Shown piece after piece: positions 49,860 to 64,000 of a stretch of 64,000 nucleotides of DNA. Below the pieces are notes generated by a model. It was not told the origin of the DNA. It worked only from the letters and a program-made list of their open reading frames with translations, and made no database searches. The DNA comes from Tubulanus polymorphus (Eukaryota; Animalia; Nemertea): positions 20,335,245 to 20,399,244 of the forward strand of contig NC_134028.1 in NCBI RefSeq assembly GCF_964204645.1, given 5' to 3'. A program made the position numbers and the translations under genes. Within the stretch, counting starts at the first letter, position 1; every line of letters starts with the position of its first letter.

Positions 49860-51189
49860 GTTTTCTTACTAAAGTATGAACACCTCCATCAACTAGAAGA
49901 GATATTCGATCGGCACAATGTGTTCAAGAGAAAGGTGTCGGACCGAATTATTCACGAAGTTGAACATACATGCCACGGTGGTAGTAACATAAGCGAAAAC
50001 TCCATTGTAACCATTATTGAAAAATTATCAAAAAGGTCCGAAATGTTACGTTTGAGCTACAAAAGTAGTTTCGAATACATCATTATGTAGTCACCCTTAT
50101 TGGCGTCATCATTAGTATGTGATCATATGTACCACCGTCACATAACGGGTTCTGTGTTTTAGGTTAGCTCATTTTTTTGCCATTTGAGTTAGCCCCCGGG
50201 TTATAACACTGTCTATTACACCGGTTCATCTGCGCAAGCCCCGTTATACGTTGCAATGACATTAAGCTGATTTAATGCTATTAAGTATTCATAAAGCCCC
50301 CTTTTAGATTCAATTAGTAGAGCCATTTGCTTGATAGAAGAAAACCTTTTGATGCGACACAAAGTAAGTGCCATTTTGAGGATTATCTTGCCATACGGAC
50401 TTGGAGTTAGTGTCAAACACTCGGTAAGAGTTCGTGAAATACAGAAGAATCTGTCTCTTAATGCGGTAAAAGTTGAGACCGGTAAAATTCTACTCCGAGT
50501 TGGTGTTAAATACTGGACGTATCGGCCCCACTCTGCGCGGTGGCGCTACCGCGCGGGATTTACGCGAAGCAGCAAACGCAAACATGGCCACTCTCTCAAT
50601 TTTCAATGATAGAAATCGTGTGTGCATTTCAATTATTTCGGCTGTTAGGGTTTTAAGGCACAATATAAGTTGATGATGTGATATGGCGATGTTAATTAAT
50701 GATAATTCCGCAGTGAAGCTAGTCACGAACGGTGCCGATTTAGTGTACAGCTGCCAAAAACACTAAATGTGCGTAGTTGCGTAACTATTTGCAGTGAATT
50801 GCAGACGAAACATGAAGCCTTAACGGCCGTTTTAAAAAAATTATACCAATCGCAATTGTAAAATAAAAATGAGATAGAACCTAAGTTAAAATTCTGGCCA
50901 TTTCTAAAATGTTATTACTAATTTTTAGTCAGTGCCGAACGTTTAGTTTTCCAACAATAATGAGGGGTGGTAGGTAGTCATGCGATTCAAGTCATCATTT
51001 ATTACACGTTACTTCCGTGTTGTTGAAAATCTCGCGAGTCCTGGACCAAACCCCATTGAACAATGTGATCTGTGTACTGGCCATAAATGCACACAGATCA
51101 CACTACACTACCCATTACACACTCCAGTACCCACAGCTTTCATATATCCATCCAAATATTTAGAGTGTCTTTCTTCCTGGATGAGAGTT

Positions 51190-51460
51190 AGAAAAATACA
51201 GTAGACTCTGTCTCTTGGTGCGGTAATGTTAAGACTGGTAAAATTCTACCTCAAGTTGGAGTATAATAGTTTTGAGATACAGTAGACTCTGTCTCTATTA
51301 CAGCAGTAAAGTTGAGACTGGTAAAACACTACCCCGAGTTGGTGTCGAATATACTGAGTAAGAGTGTGTGAATACAGTGGACTCGTCTCTATTTACTGCG
51401 GTCAAGTTAAGACTGGTTGAAAATTCTACCCCGAGTTGGTGTCAAATACCAAGTAAGGGA
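51190..51460. repeat. Degenerate tandem repeat (aatacagtagactctgtctct...gagactggtaaaattctaccccgagttggtgtc), with a further unit at ~50400-50512
   Basis: Three to four similar ~80-90-bp units. Confidence 0.7.
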
Positions 51461-51776
51461 TTTGTAGAATATATCAATTGTAACCGCACGTCCATCAAAT
51501 AGGGTTTATGGTACAGTGGTGATAATGGTTTTATAAACTTTCACGAGCCATAAAAAGTTCACATCCATTATATCTATATCTGTCATTAATAGACGAGTTA
51601 TTTGTTACAGACATTGATATCCCTTGCAACGTGAATGAAACTACCAATAAAAGAAAAACACTGTGGATCCAAACAACAAAACAAAATTACTTGATGTAAC
51701 GATAGTTGAAAATGATATATCATCCAATTTTCACGCCTGCACTGATATATTTTACAGCGCGGTTCAGGCTCAAAAA

Positions 51777-51950
51777 TAAAAGATGTCCATTACTTTAAAA
51801 TCCAAGAATTATCGAACGAAAACGCATTACACAACTATTTAGAAATAAACGTACAAACTCACTACATACGTGTATTACGTTGTAATAGTTGTGTAATACG
51901 TTTTCGATTGATAATTCTCTGGATTTCAAAGCAGTAGACATCTTTAATTT
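51777..51950. repeat. Imperfect ~65-bp-arm inverted repeat (MITE-like)
   Basis: aaagatgtc..aaatcca..gaattatc..cgaaaacgcattacacaactatt versus aatagttgtgtaatacgttttcg..gataattc..tggattt..gacatcttt. Confidence 0.7.
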
Positions 51951-54659
51951 TACCTTCGGTTATATCAACGGGAATCACCCAGAGGACATATCTACTTCAA
52001 ATCAGAGTCCCAACCAAAAAATTAAAAAATAGAAACGAACCAACCAACACATTCCTTACTAACGGGCTCCTGGTGTTGCAAGTAATTATTCCTAAATGAA
52101 GCTTAGCATTCGCAATTTCTTTCTAAGCAATTTTTGTTTTGTTTTACAGGATCCAAGAACCAGTTTGTAGAGTTAGCTAGAGGAGGGAGTTAACTCTGAG
52201 TTAATAATTGTCAATGGGTTAACCCACAGCTGAGGAACCGGGACCAGATTGCGGTTCCACAGTTGTGAGCTGGAGTTAACTCCGAGTTAAAACCAGTTCG
52301 TTTTCAATGAGTCAGACCTTGATAATCTTAACACGTTTTCTAATGAGTCAAATCTAACTGGGATATAACACATCCTTAACCCTAGATACTGCACTAACCT
52401 TAACATTAATTGAATCCTAGTCGCTGCGGCTTTGAGCATCAATTATGTAGGGATGATCCTCTCTCAGGTGTTAAAGAAAAGATGATCCCAATTCTAATTG
52501 GTCAGACCGTCGAAAAAACGGACCAATAAGAATGGTGATAGACTGACAAGTACATGGTCAGGTTTATTTCACCGATTTGAAGCTAATTCTACACTTGTTA
52601 CATTGTATGAACAGAAAACAGAATGCGCCATATCCAATGTATAATCAAACGGTTTTATCATAAATTTAACTGATTGAATAAATGTAATGTCATCCCTGTG
52701 CTATTTGGATTATAACCAGCAGTCTGTCATTGGGAGTCATCGTTGATCTAGAGCCATATTGATGTTGGTAGCTAAATATTTGTATTGAGTTTATAGTCTA
52801 TTTTTCTGTGTTAGTGGTTATCACAGAGCCTTTTCCACCGTGGATGTTTTGACATATCGCTGTCGCAGTTTTTTTTATCTTAGTTGCTTGTCTCAATCTG
52901 TAAGCATTTGATAGCATTGTTTGTTTATACTTACCCAACAAATCGTACAGCTCGATTCATTTAAATCAGTATCTTTAAATACATTTTGTCTAATCAGAAA
53001 TGTTTCATTGTGATTTGTATTAAGCTTTACATTTTCATTGGTTCAAATTTACAAGGTCGATTCTATCCATTTCTCACATAAAACTGGTGTATTTCACTGG
53101 GGAATCGAAACCAGTTCGCTGATTCTCGTGGATTATTTAGTATCATCGCTGTACGCTATCGGCGTCATTTATCGGTTGTTTTCTTGGAGGTATCAATCCT
53201 TGAAACTTCTGGTATCGTGTCGTTATTGGTAGGTTTAAACCACTCCGTGTAGCCCAATGGTTTCCCATCGTCGATTTCAAGCCGCAGACAAAATTAAACT
53301 GCAATGGGAATAAAATAGCCATCCACTTTTTATCATTAGAACCAACTCAAAGATTGCTTTAGATTCCGAAGAATCAGTGAGGATAGTTTTGCCACCGCAT
53401 CACGCAATTGCACACGGGAAATAATATGGTTCTCCAGCGATTGTTATGGTTGTTGAATGTCCACCATTGTTGTGTGCAGTGTTGGTAAATCATCTTACTT
53501 GTGTTGTTTGTTTAGATCACACCCGCTTGTAATACGCTTTTCAAAACGACTCGAACAACTTATTACTAAGTCTATATATCCATCTTTTTTCCTCTTAGTC
53601 GGATTTATGCATTCTATCTCTAAAACCTTTGCTATTCTTTTCATTCGACTATAATCTCTTCCCAAAGCTAAACTGGGTCTCCTGTCTCTCTAAAACCGTT
53701 GAACCTAACTAAACTAAAAACTCTTTCTTTTGATATCGTTTTACTGTTAAGTGTGTGCAGCCCCTTTACCACACATGGTTTGGTATTTACGGATTGTGAC
53801 GCATTCATACGTTACAACATTCCACCGCCCCATGTATGGAGTGTTTACATTCCACACTCGTCATAATATTCTAAAAATACTTGTACTCGCCAGAGCTCAT
53901 TGCCGCACAAAATTCAGGTTTACCTACGCGGATACTTACGTCATTGCCAGACATGTCTATTTACATAACTAGTAATTGTTTTTATGTGTGGCGCAAATAT
54001 CAACACAGGTAGTTTGATAAGAGCAACGCTCTGGCCATAAACTCCAGCTTCCGTACATTAATCTAAACTGCTAAACTACCACCCAACAGAACCAGTCAAA
54101 TGGGAAAGTGAAAAAACGGAAGCGGTCGTACTTATTACTGAGAGCAGAGTATTTACCAAGATCAACCAAAATGGTATGAAATAGCTCATATTTTGTGAGT
54201 TAGTTTGTTTTTGCTTAACGACATTTAGATCTTGGTTCCCTGTCTGATATACTCGGGTTGCCTGTAAAATTTCGCCTGCCGGATATGCTCGATGTGGAAC
54301 GAGAAGACCGCTCGTCTGCGATAACAGAATACAGAAATTGCTCGTTGTCGGAAGGATTTGCTTCGAGTCGCCTCATATCAAACATGTTTCATATTGGGCG
54401 TCGGAAAAGCGCTCGTCGCTATGAAATTGCTCATCGATTGCTCGTAGTTGCTGTGTGCGCGGCAGCTGGGGAAGACAAGCGACAAGCAACCAATCAACGC
54501 GAATAATTAGCATGATATACTTCCAAATTCGACAAGTTTCGAGGCAGCAGCGTACCATCTTGACAAGTCACATGAATGATGCAGGTGTTTGCTTGGAATG
54601 ATAATCGCCTCTTCGTCTCCAGTAATAGCACACGGGAGACGCCTAGCGATCGATTGCTC

Positions 54660-54813
54660 AAGTCTTAACTAAGAAACAGACAACTGTCCACAAGACTAAG
54701 TGAAGTGTCACCCACACACTGTTAGCAACCAGTAGGACTCGAACCCACATGTCAATCAGCCCTGATAGTGAATGGAAAAGCATCACACCTTATTCCACTG
54801 AGCTACTGAGGCC
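54660..54813 (-). mobile_element. tRNA-derived SINE of a different family
   Basis: GGCCTCAGTAGCTCAGTGG (A box) ... GGGTTCGAGTCC (B box) with an over-long spacer. The 3' boundary is uncertain. Confidence 0.65.
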
Positions 54814-55951
54814 GCTTTGAAAATGAATAAAACACTATTTAGTTTACTAAATAAAGAATGTCTTCAAACTCCATTGAATAAAACCACGTTTAAGGCGAAT
54901 TTATCCTTCGAAGAAATCAGTTTTGATTTCCGTAATCGTAATTTGCTAGTCACGTGTCATCTAATCAAATCAGATTCGTACAACAAGACGAATTTGACGA
55001 TTTGTTCAAACCCGATACTAAAACGATCAGTTGATGGGAATATCTTTAAATCCCATCGAGTCTGTTGGCTTGCACTGGATCCCTCGTAACCGTATTAAGT
55101 ATTTACTGTTCATGTGACTGTATGCATTATGGATTACGAAAATAAATAAATTGTTATCATTATCAAATCACCTCCGGAGATTAAAATCCTCCGCTACAGC
55201 TACAACAACACTCCCTCTCCCCTTCTTTGCTACCGATTATCAGCAATGGTGCTAAACAGTGGCAACAAAATACAAAATTTCGCTAATTGTGGCTCAATGT
55301 AAACGGGTAGTCAATGTTCCCCGGTCTCCCCTAATTTCAACCCATACATGTTTGGATGATTTTAAAAAAGATATCATAGTCGTATTGAATTGATCACGAT
55401 CGGTCACGGCGTTATCTAGTGCTTGTAAGTCAAAGTTCATATCTCGTATTTACGTTGATGTTAAAATGTGATTGAAAATAAACGATTTATAGATCATAAG
55501 TTGTATTCGATTCTGTGAAAGCGACTATGATTCAATGGAAAATGTGGTTTGGAAAAATACGATAACTGATGATTTTTCATAAACAAATTCAAATTTCTAT
55601 GTTCATCACTCATCAACAAAATCGTATCTTTTGTTGACGGTTGTGACCATTTTTATGAGTTTACCAAAACACTAGGCTTTATAATATAGCCAGGCTTGAT
55701 GGTTTGATGGATGTACCGCATCCTCTATACATTATCGGGATCATATCTCGCAGTATCGGTGCTAAGCTGGGTTCGGAAAATGAAGAGTCATCAGTTAATG
55801 GTGGATATTTCTATAGACCACGTGAGTAAATATTTTATGACTAAACGCAGAATTTTCATTTCACCTCAACTTCATACCGGTAATTCATCAAGAAACTCAT
55901 TAAGAACGGCAAGTTTTAATCAAAATATCAACGGATGTCTTTCTGAATGGT

Positions 55952-56700
55952 TCATTTGTCACACAAGATAATAGAATTAACGGAAGAATCGATGATAGAA
56001 AATGCCAAAGCGATTTGTCTAAATCCATGCACGGATCGTATGCGGAAACCAACAACACCTTGTAAACGATCTACAAAACCTAAACCTTCGCAAATAATAA
56101 ACAACAAAACTACCGATGAAACCATCGTTAAAACCCTCATTTCCCGTCTAGACGATTCATCAGTTACACCGAGCTTTGAACGTCGAGTAACCCGAAGATG
56201 AGATGTCACAGAAAAAATAAGGACTGAATTGATGAAAACTAAAAGGCACATTGGAATCGTAGCAGTAAGATACAGGAAAAAAAATTTCTCCGAACCCTGG
56301 TAAATCCAGTATCCAATATCAATGTAACTGTACCGGATCTGCCTGGAACGGTACGTGATGTTCAGGAATACAAGATGGGATACAAAAAGTTTAGGTAAAA
56401 ATGGACCAAAATGTCCGCAAAAACCAAGCATTGAAATAAACAATATCGCATTTTTCAAGATTAACTTTTTCGGAATTTTACGAGATTTTATTGGTAACAA
56501 TACGACGATTTACCACTCTAGACTGAGCAGTAAAGTGCACCAGTTACGTGTCATCTGAAATATATAGAAAAAACGGCAAGGATATTTAAATAGAAATCCA
56601 ACCGAAATTCCTTTCGTTTCCCTGAAACAGCATATCCCCCAAACGGTGTAAATTGTTTTAGAACAAACAGCGTGAAGGCGTTGATGTAAAACCCAGTACA
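55952..56700 (-). pseudogene. Decayed class A GPCR (FMRFamide-receptor-like), distant from the other three
   Basis: QMTRNWCTLLLSLEW*IVVLLP (TM3/ER region with a stop), TM5 IPMCLLVFINSVLI, TM6 VVLLFIICE and TM7 IIDSSVN. The 5' part is frameshifted. Confidence 0.75.
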
Positions 56701-59589
56701 GACGCGGGTAGATAACATCCGAATCAGATTAAAACACTGAACTTTGGCCACGAATTTGACCGGTTGAGTTTGAATGTTCTGACACCTGAGCCGCAGTGCC
56801 GGACCACTCATTGTTATATTGACATTAGAAATGTTATCAAACATTGCAGCAGCATAAAATCTGAGTGAGACTGTTCAAAAGTAGTGAAGAGTAAATTCAA
56901 TGTTGAGTCCACGTTTTGAGGCTGAATCGAGGCCACACAATTATCTCGGCGATCTAGTTTTTATGATGAGCAGTTCTAACCAGACTTGAAGTTTTCCTGA
57001 AAGTTGCGCAGAATTATGCAAACTTACAATTAACACGAGGATAATTTCGGTGAGACATTTTCAAGAGATTCAGATAGAGTATAAGTTTCTATCCGTAGGA
57101 GTAGATGATGCCGCAGTTCAACCTACTCTATACGACATACACGTGTAGGTTGTGTTTGGTGTCGACCAAATCCTAATTAGCACTGCATCGATATCAATAT
57201 CTGGTATCTGACCCTAAAATGAGGTAAAAATCTCGTATATCTCGTATATGTCTGGAATACAAAATCTAAAATTCTTAACTAAACTCTGAACATGGACTCA
57301 ATGGTCCCTGCGAAACTCAAAACAAAACAAGTCTCATTTTCTTTCCCTGTAACGCCAAACCATGGATGGACCAATAAAGATGAAAGAATGGTGTCCCTTT
57401 TTGTTGTTGAAAAGTATTTGCCACTTTCTACTTTTGGGGCGATGTCATATGGCTGTTTACTTTGGGGATGAAAAAAAAGAAAAGGCATGAAATTGTTGCT
57501 TCTCAAGATGTTTTTATGGACACTTTAGCTTGAACACTCTTTACGTCTGCTTTTGTGTACAAACCGCTTTTTGACGGTATTCTAATTGACTTGGGTTATA
57601 AATAAGACGTCAACGAACTTATGGCATGCTACGTCACGTATGGTATGGGTCTGCCAGACTATACGGATTCATAATTGCGGGAGGACATTGTTTGGACATC
57701 GAAAGTTTTAAAAGGGGTATTTCCCCAAAGGGGGCTTCGTCCGAACTTCTCGGTCATTTGCACCCGGCGCGCTTAACAAAATTTTCGTACAGGCCTGTAG
57801 CGGGACAGCAGACTCGACCCTTCATTCCTATGTCAGATAATGGTATTTATCTCGGGTATAAATCATTTTCAGGTTTCTACGGGTATTAGTTTTCAAGCTC
57901 ACAGTGGGCTGTTCCGTTGGTGGATGGTTATTTGAAAGCTGCGAACCTTTGATGCGTGATCTTCAACATTGTCGAAAACTGATTGACGGATTTCGCGATA
58001 TGGTTAGTACGGTATATAAGTGGCGTGATCTTCCACATTGTCGAATTAAGATTGACGGACTTCGCGATATGGTTAGTACAGTAAGTGACGTATTTAAATC
58101 CTAAAATGAAAACGATAAGACTATTATTTCATCATATCCATGTGGAAGCTCAACATAAGCTTCATGATGACGAGAAAAGAGCTCTCTGGAATGACAGATA
58201 CAAAGCTAACCAGAAACTGTGAACGGATGTGTGAATTTACGACACCAATGCATTCAGTACAATTTGCACAATGAATGTCATGTGAATACATTTTCAGAGA
58301 GTTGTTGTGAAGAGTCATGATACAGAAAACAAATTGAATAAGAAAAGGGAAAAGCTGTTATTGGTAAAGCTGAAACAATAATTGAGTTCGTAAACAAGAA
58401 GATGTAATAACCAAATCAACATGAAAATGATAAAACGCTCTGATTTGATTAAGTAGCTACAATTTCCATTTATTTTCAGCTAGCTACGATTCACTGTGGT
58501 ATTGTTTATCGGTGGGATTTTGCATCATAGGTTTGTTAATCTACCGTACTGCACGGGCAACTGAAGGAAATGAAAATCTGGAAAAAAATAACAGCCAACT
58601 GCTCCATGCGTCTGGACAAACGAAGAAAGAGAAGACGCCGATGGTTGAGAAAAATCCCGAACGCACAATTCGACAAGATGTTAAGGAAACGGGTACTTAT
58701 TTGCATATAAAGGTCTAGTTTTAATCTTACGATGTCGGGATTAACAACATTTCATTGCTCATGTTTATTTAGGTAATGGAGAGAATGACAGCATCCCGGT
58801 GATGTTCCTTAAAGCATAAATCATTCGGTATAATTGTGATTCCAGGAGAATTGTACTTAGTGCTGAGTATGTGCTCTGCTACTGAAATGTGTTCCCCGAT
58901 TGAGAACATAAAGCAACTGGTCTACGTGGTGAAAATGTACACAGACAAGATCAAATAGCGTGGCAGTGAATCTTTGAGCTTTCTCGGTCCGCAGTAGACC
59001 ACATCAGAGGTGGATCCAAGGGAGGTTTGGGGGATTCCCAGTGTTTTCAATAAGAGCTAGGTCTCACGTCCCAGACCCGTCTGTCGTTTGTAAACGACCC
59101 GCCTGTTTTTTTCCAACCCGCTTTCCTTTCAAAGACTGTGACATGGGAACCTCCTGTTTTTCAAAGGGACTTGTAAATTTTTTGTTGAAAACCCTGCTCC
59201 ATGTTCGAATTTCTGATTGTGATATCGATCGTATCAATGATGAAACTAATCACAATTCAAATCTCACTGTATCGATTGCTGTTTTGGAGTCTGCCAGAAA
59301 TTACTGTAGGTGGTGCATTAATTTTTATGAATGATTGCTAAACATTCTCAATTTCAAATTCAGTTTTTGATACAGGAGAATGTATTTTTCATTGAAATAC
59401 AGAAGAAACCGCTTGACTCGCATCTGCTAAAATTGCCGGTTCCGCCCCTTCACGTTCATGTTTGCAATTAAAATGGATAAGCTTTGAAAGATAGTACTGA
59501 AATCGGTCTGTATAAATTCTTCAGAAACATTATTTTTATATGTATTCTTTCAGGCCCATGCTAAGAGGAAGTTTTCGGTGTAATGAACG

Positions 59590-60012
59590 AACCCCCTATA
59601 ATTATCAGTTTAAAAAGTCAGACCCAGACGTGGGGATGCTGGTGGAATGACGAAGCTATATACGATGTGTGTAGGGCCGGCGTGAATTTCATCAGCGGCT
59701 ACAAGCGGTCAATATGAAAATTTGTAAACATATAATTTCAATATTCAAATGTTTTAGAAAAAATGTTCGATATTAGAAGTATGCAGGTTTCATGAGATTA
59801 GCAATTTATGATAGCATCTGTTGTTATACGGCTCCGCGTTCTCTGATGGCAAGTGTATAGGTGAAAATTCAATTCAATTCTTTATTGATTTTTATTACAT
59901 TGAAATTCCGGGATAAAATTCCCAAATTCAATAAATACAAATTTTAAAATAAGAAAATACAACATACAAGACACACGGGTAATTCATACAGAATAACAAA
60001 AACAAGTTATTT
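59590..60012 (+). repeat. ~430-bp dispersed duplication, second copy at ~62467-62915
   Basis: gaccc.gac.tggggatg.tggtgga.tgacgaagctat...gcggctacaagcggtcaatat...tatacggctccgcgt...aaattcccaaatt...aacaagttattt is colinear in both copies. Confidence 0.85.
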
Positions 60013-61317
60013 TAAATGACAATGTCTACTTCAACCCAGACTCAAGACTAGGATATCGAGTGACAGCCAAACCCGTGTGGCCCGGGGACCGGACCGGCTG
60101 GCTAGGCCACACGATATGCTCGAAGTCATGATGAAGCAGACATCAGAAGAACTCTTTCCTCAACCATGGAGGCAATGAAGTTGATGACCACCTTAGAGGC
60201 AAAAGTAAATGAAGTCGGTCGCAAGTTATCAATTATTGACAATTTTCGATAAAAAAAATTAAACCACTACTGGAGTCGAAGACCTGTATCATCTACCCAA
60301 TCGCCAAAACTCATAATTCCCCAAATTTTTTAATACTTCGATTTCAAATTCGCAATTCCACATTAGCTTATCCGAGAAATTCTACATTTTTTTCGCAGGC
60401 GTCAAATAATTTATTAAAATTAATTTGCTTGTTTATATTGACGCTATCTGTATCTGTTTACTGGAAACTAGCGCACTTTATGGATGGAGGGTAATACATA
60501 ATACATAGACTTTCGGGAGGCGAATATTATATTTATATGATATATATAATATCTAGTTCGGTGACGATTTAGATTATTCCGAGTTTGAAATATTTCAATT
60601 GACAGATGCATAAGTGACATCCAGGCCGTCCCAATACTACATCTAGCATATACTCAGCGTTTAACGGTTTCCAACAAATGATTAATGAAAATCAATCTTT
60701 AACGCTCTCAAACATCTCACAGAAATCTATACAAATACGTGTCAAATTCACATTTAATTTCTTGCGATATATCAATCGAACAACGCTACACATCACTATT
60801 GAGATACAAGACAAGTTTATGAATAAATGAATCAGAACTCAATACTCGTTCGATATATAGAATATCATCCACAACCTTATGGCCGCCATGACCTTAATCG
60901 AGAAAACGAAATGCCACAATATCAATTCAGCAAGGTACTCTTTAAGTACCTTTACGGTATTTCATTTTTTTGCGTAACAATTTTTAAAAAGAACATCGCC
61001 GCCCAAACTGTCTCAGAATTGCCTCTCAGTTGATACAGACTTTATGGGGTTATATATGGTAATATGAGTATAGTTTTGAGGGTACGGTATTATTAGGACG
61101 TTACAGACGCACGGCAAGACAGGCAAACGGACTGGATGTGTGGTTGCCACATTCTACCCAGCTTAGTATGGAACCAATAAATCAATAGGGAAAAGAATGT
61201 TGCAGTCGTCAAGAGATGATACCTAGATTCGTGTATGTCATTCTCGACGTCATAGTTTTCATCGCGGTCTCGTTATTTAAGTATATCCACATTTCTGCCG
61301 GTCTGCGCTGACGTTGC

Positions 61318-61530
61318 ATTGCGGTGCAGTTCAGAATACAGTGCAGTGCGATTCAACGCCTAGTGGTTTGGGATACGGTGTGTCACCGTGTGGTGCAGTG
61401 CGGTGCGGTTCGGGGTACGGTGTGTTACGGTGTTGTGCAGTTCGGCGTACCGTGTGGGGCGGTACATTTCGGTGCGGTTCGGGGTGATGCAGTGCAGTGT
61501 GGTGCAGTGCGACGCGGTTCGGGGCGGTCG
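61318..61530. repeat. Degenerate pentanucleotide (GTGCG/GTGCA/GTTCG) repeat
   Basis: Seen directly in the sequence. Confidence 0.8.
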
Positions 61531-63068
61531 TGTATGACTAGTAGCTAGTCAACATTCTCCTAACAATTAACCTAATCAAATCAAAACGGCCACTTATCAA
61601 CCTTGTGCGTCACGCAGCGCTACACGTCACGCTCGCGACTTCAATATCAACACCCTCTAGCGACACCTAAAGGTAGCAAATCAGCAGCCCAAGGTGCCCG
61701 AGTCGAGAATCTGACGCCTGGCTTCCTTCAATACGGCAAAGAGCAACTAAAATCGGAAACAACGCTGGGCTGAAGTTGATGAATGAAAAAATATTGAAAT
61801 GTTTGGTATCTTGGTAGAATATCCGCACTCTGACGGGGAGAAAAGAAAATAAGTTTAAAAACTCAATTTCAAGGATTCAAATCGAATTCTTTTTATCAAG
61901 AATTAGAATAGAAATACACCACGTTTCGAACTTTCAGTATAAAAGATCATCGTCAGGGTGTCACTAGATCTCGGCAGGTGTCACACCTGACGATCGTAAC
62001 ATCGTGCATTTTGATTTTAATTCTTAATAAATAATATTCGATATTAAGCTTTCAAATCCTGTATATAGTGGATTTTAAACTTATTTCGCTTCGAATTTAC
62101 AGTCAAAGCTCGTAATACCGCCATCCATGATACCGCCAAATTCACCTATCGCCAAGAATTTCCTTGTGCACAGTTCATTTGGTAGCTAACGTATGTACAT
62201 AGCTCTCGTTATACTTCCTCTCACTCTCTGCAATAACGCCAATGCAACGTAGTCCTATTCAAACCCATAGAAGAAACATTCGTCATACCGCCAACGATCT
62301 TTCCTCAACGACGTTTCCAGTCTTTCGGTTAAGAATCGATACATGTGATTGGCAGTATCACACGTGTACTGTATCATTTTTTGACTCCATATAAAACGTT
62401 ACCAGTAAAAGTAAATCGGATTGTTCGGTCAAAATGGTGGATGTATGTACGCGATGCGTCTGATATAAAAGTAAGACCCTGACATGGGGATGTTGGTGGA
62501 TTGACGAAGCTATCTACATCTGTGTAGGGCCGGTGTGAATCTTATCGGCGGCTACAAGCGGTCAATATTAAAATGTGTAAACATATGATTTCAATATTCA
62601 AATGTTTTAGAAAATATGTGGTCGGTATTAGGGGTATGCAGGTTTTATAAGATTTATATCGATTAGCAATTTATAATACCATCGCTGTCGTATACGGCTC
62701 CGCGTCCCCTGATGGCATGCGTATCAGGTGATAATTCAATTTAATTCTTTATTGATCCTCATGTTCAACGTTACATATAAAATTCCCAAATTTGATAAAG
62801 TAACAAATTTCAAAATAAGAAAATACAATTTACAAAACACAAGTTACAATTTTCAAAATAAAAAAAAACAACATACAAAACACATGCGTAATTCAGAGTA
62901 ACATAAACAAGTTATTTCACTAATTGACAAACCAGGCAAACAAATTCACTGATTTGGGGATTTATTTTTCATTTTGTTCTGAAGGCACTATCCAGAGCCA
63001 TTGAAGGTTTGAAATTGTCATATTTTCCAACAGATCGGGAACCGAATTGATACTTTGAATCTTGCCGG

Positions 63069-63403
63069 GGACACTGACCTCCGCACTGTGGAATACCCTC
63101 TCTCTCAGAACAATGGATTTCATATAACCGAAATTCCGTCACCTATCCCTAGCTGATGACACCGTTTATGGGACTTTTTCCAATTAGTTGGAGGTCCTGC
63201 CCTAATCTTGAAAAAATGAGATACTGACCTAATTGGACACTGACTCCGGCTTTGCACTATGGAATACCCTCTCTCTCTCAGGACAATGGATATCATATAA
63301 ATTCCGTCACCTTCCCTTGCAGATGACATCGTTTATGGGACTTTTTTCAATTAGTTAGAGGTCCTGCCCTAATCTTAAAAAAAACGAGATACTGACCTAA
63401 TTG
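63069..63403. repeat. Two-copy ~167-bp tandem duplication
   Basis: ggacactgac..gcact.tggaataccctctctctc..gaggtcctgccctaatctt..gagatactgacctaattg occurs twice. Confidence 0.9.
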
Positions 63404-64000
63404 TGCCTATTTGCCGATGCCATCGGCTAATGACTCATGGTGAATTTAACAGATGGAAATCGAGTTGATTTATTCACAGGGAAGCGAGTTAAAGTGTTCA
63501 CAGGGAAGCGAGATTGTCAGTCGGTTTCTGTCGATTGTTATTACGACTGCAATATTTACTATCTCCGCAGTTAGACAACTTTGCTTTGTGAAATTTTACA
63601 CGAAATCGCTACAAGTTAGTAGATTAAATAGTTGTAGTGTTGTCGTTCGATTTGTATTCAACATTTTCTGGTGTAAAAAAGAGAGACAAGAGTTATGAAC
63701 AAATCAACACCTAAATTTAATTAATTTGATTCGAAAAGTCCAATTTAAATTTAGTTCTTTCTGTTTGACATGTTTTATTAGCAATTAGGCCTAATTATGT
63801 TGTGTGAAGCAGACTCCAGTGAAAATATCACTGGCATCGAACCAAAAAATACGGCACAGATAAACCCGACTGATAATAATCAACATTTATCAAAAAAACA
63901 ACTGAGAAAATTGAAGAAGAGAGAAAAAATCGAAAGGTTGCGGCCGATTAAAAGGTTCGTTCAGTCCACCAGGACGGTCAATGAGACTCCAAACATTCGT

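Noticed and set aside
52640-53660. Possible Gypsy integrase relic on the minus strand
   Set aside because: Only vague motif resemblance across many frameshifts. It needs a translated search.
57400-59600. Possible spliced membrane-protein gene on the + strand (acceptor-like sites near 58479, 58772, 59553)
   Set aside because: The frames contain stops and I cannot identify a family with confidence.

Overview
AT-rich eukaryotic (metazoan, probably invertebrate) genomic DNA, with spliceosomal introns, SINE/LINE relics and a Pol III tRNA. The first ~23.6 kb is a composite Polinton/Maverick (adintovirus-like) locus. It holds one long open protein-primed DNA polymerase B frame (vOTU + EndoVII + Exo + Pol motifs), a convergent spliced tandem-PC4 gene with a CRE/TATA/Inr promoter, and one Polinton terminus ending ...ACTACT at 13690. 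Around these lie three internally deleted copies of the same pPolB, relics of a second more divergent pPolB, and six arrays of a 52-bp hairpin-forming repeat. The segment 2479-~8700 recurs at an offset of 11212 bp, starting exactly at the Polinton terminus. This fits an insertion followed by unequal crossover, or a haplotype-join misassembly. I saw no capsid, integrase, ATPase or protease gene and no second TIR. The remaining 40 kb is host-like: two intact and two decayed intronless class A GPCRs, tRNA-Val(AAC), a spliced secreted PAN+LamG gene, two IS3EU-like foldback elements with 6-bp TSDs, a Harbinger derivative, tRNA-SINEs, Penelope/RTE/CR1 relics and simple repeats. All calls come from reading the sequence by eye. 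Family assignments need HMM confirmation and many boundaries are approximate.
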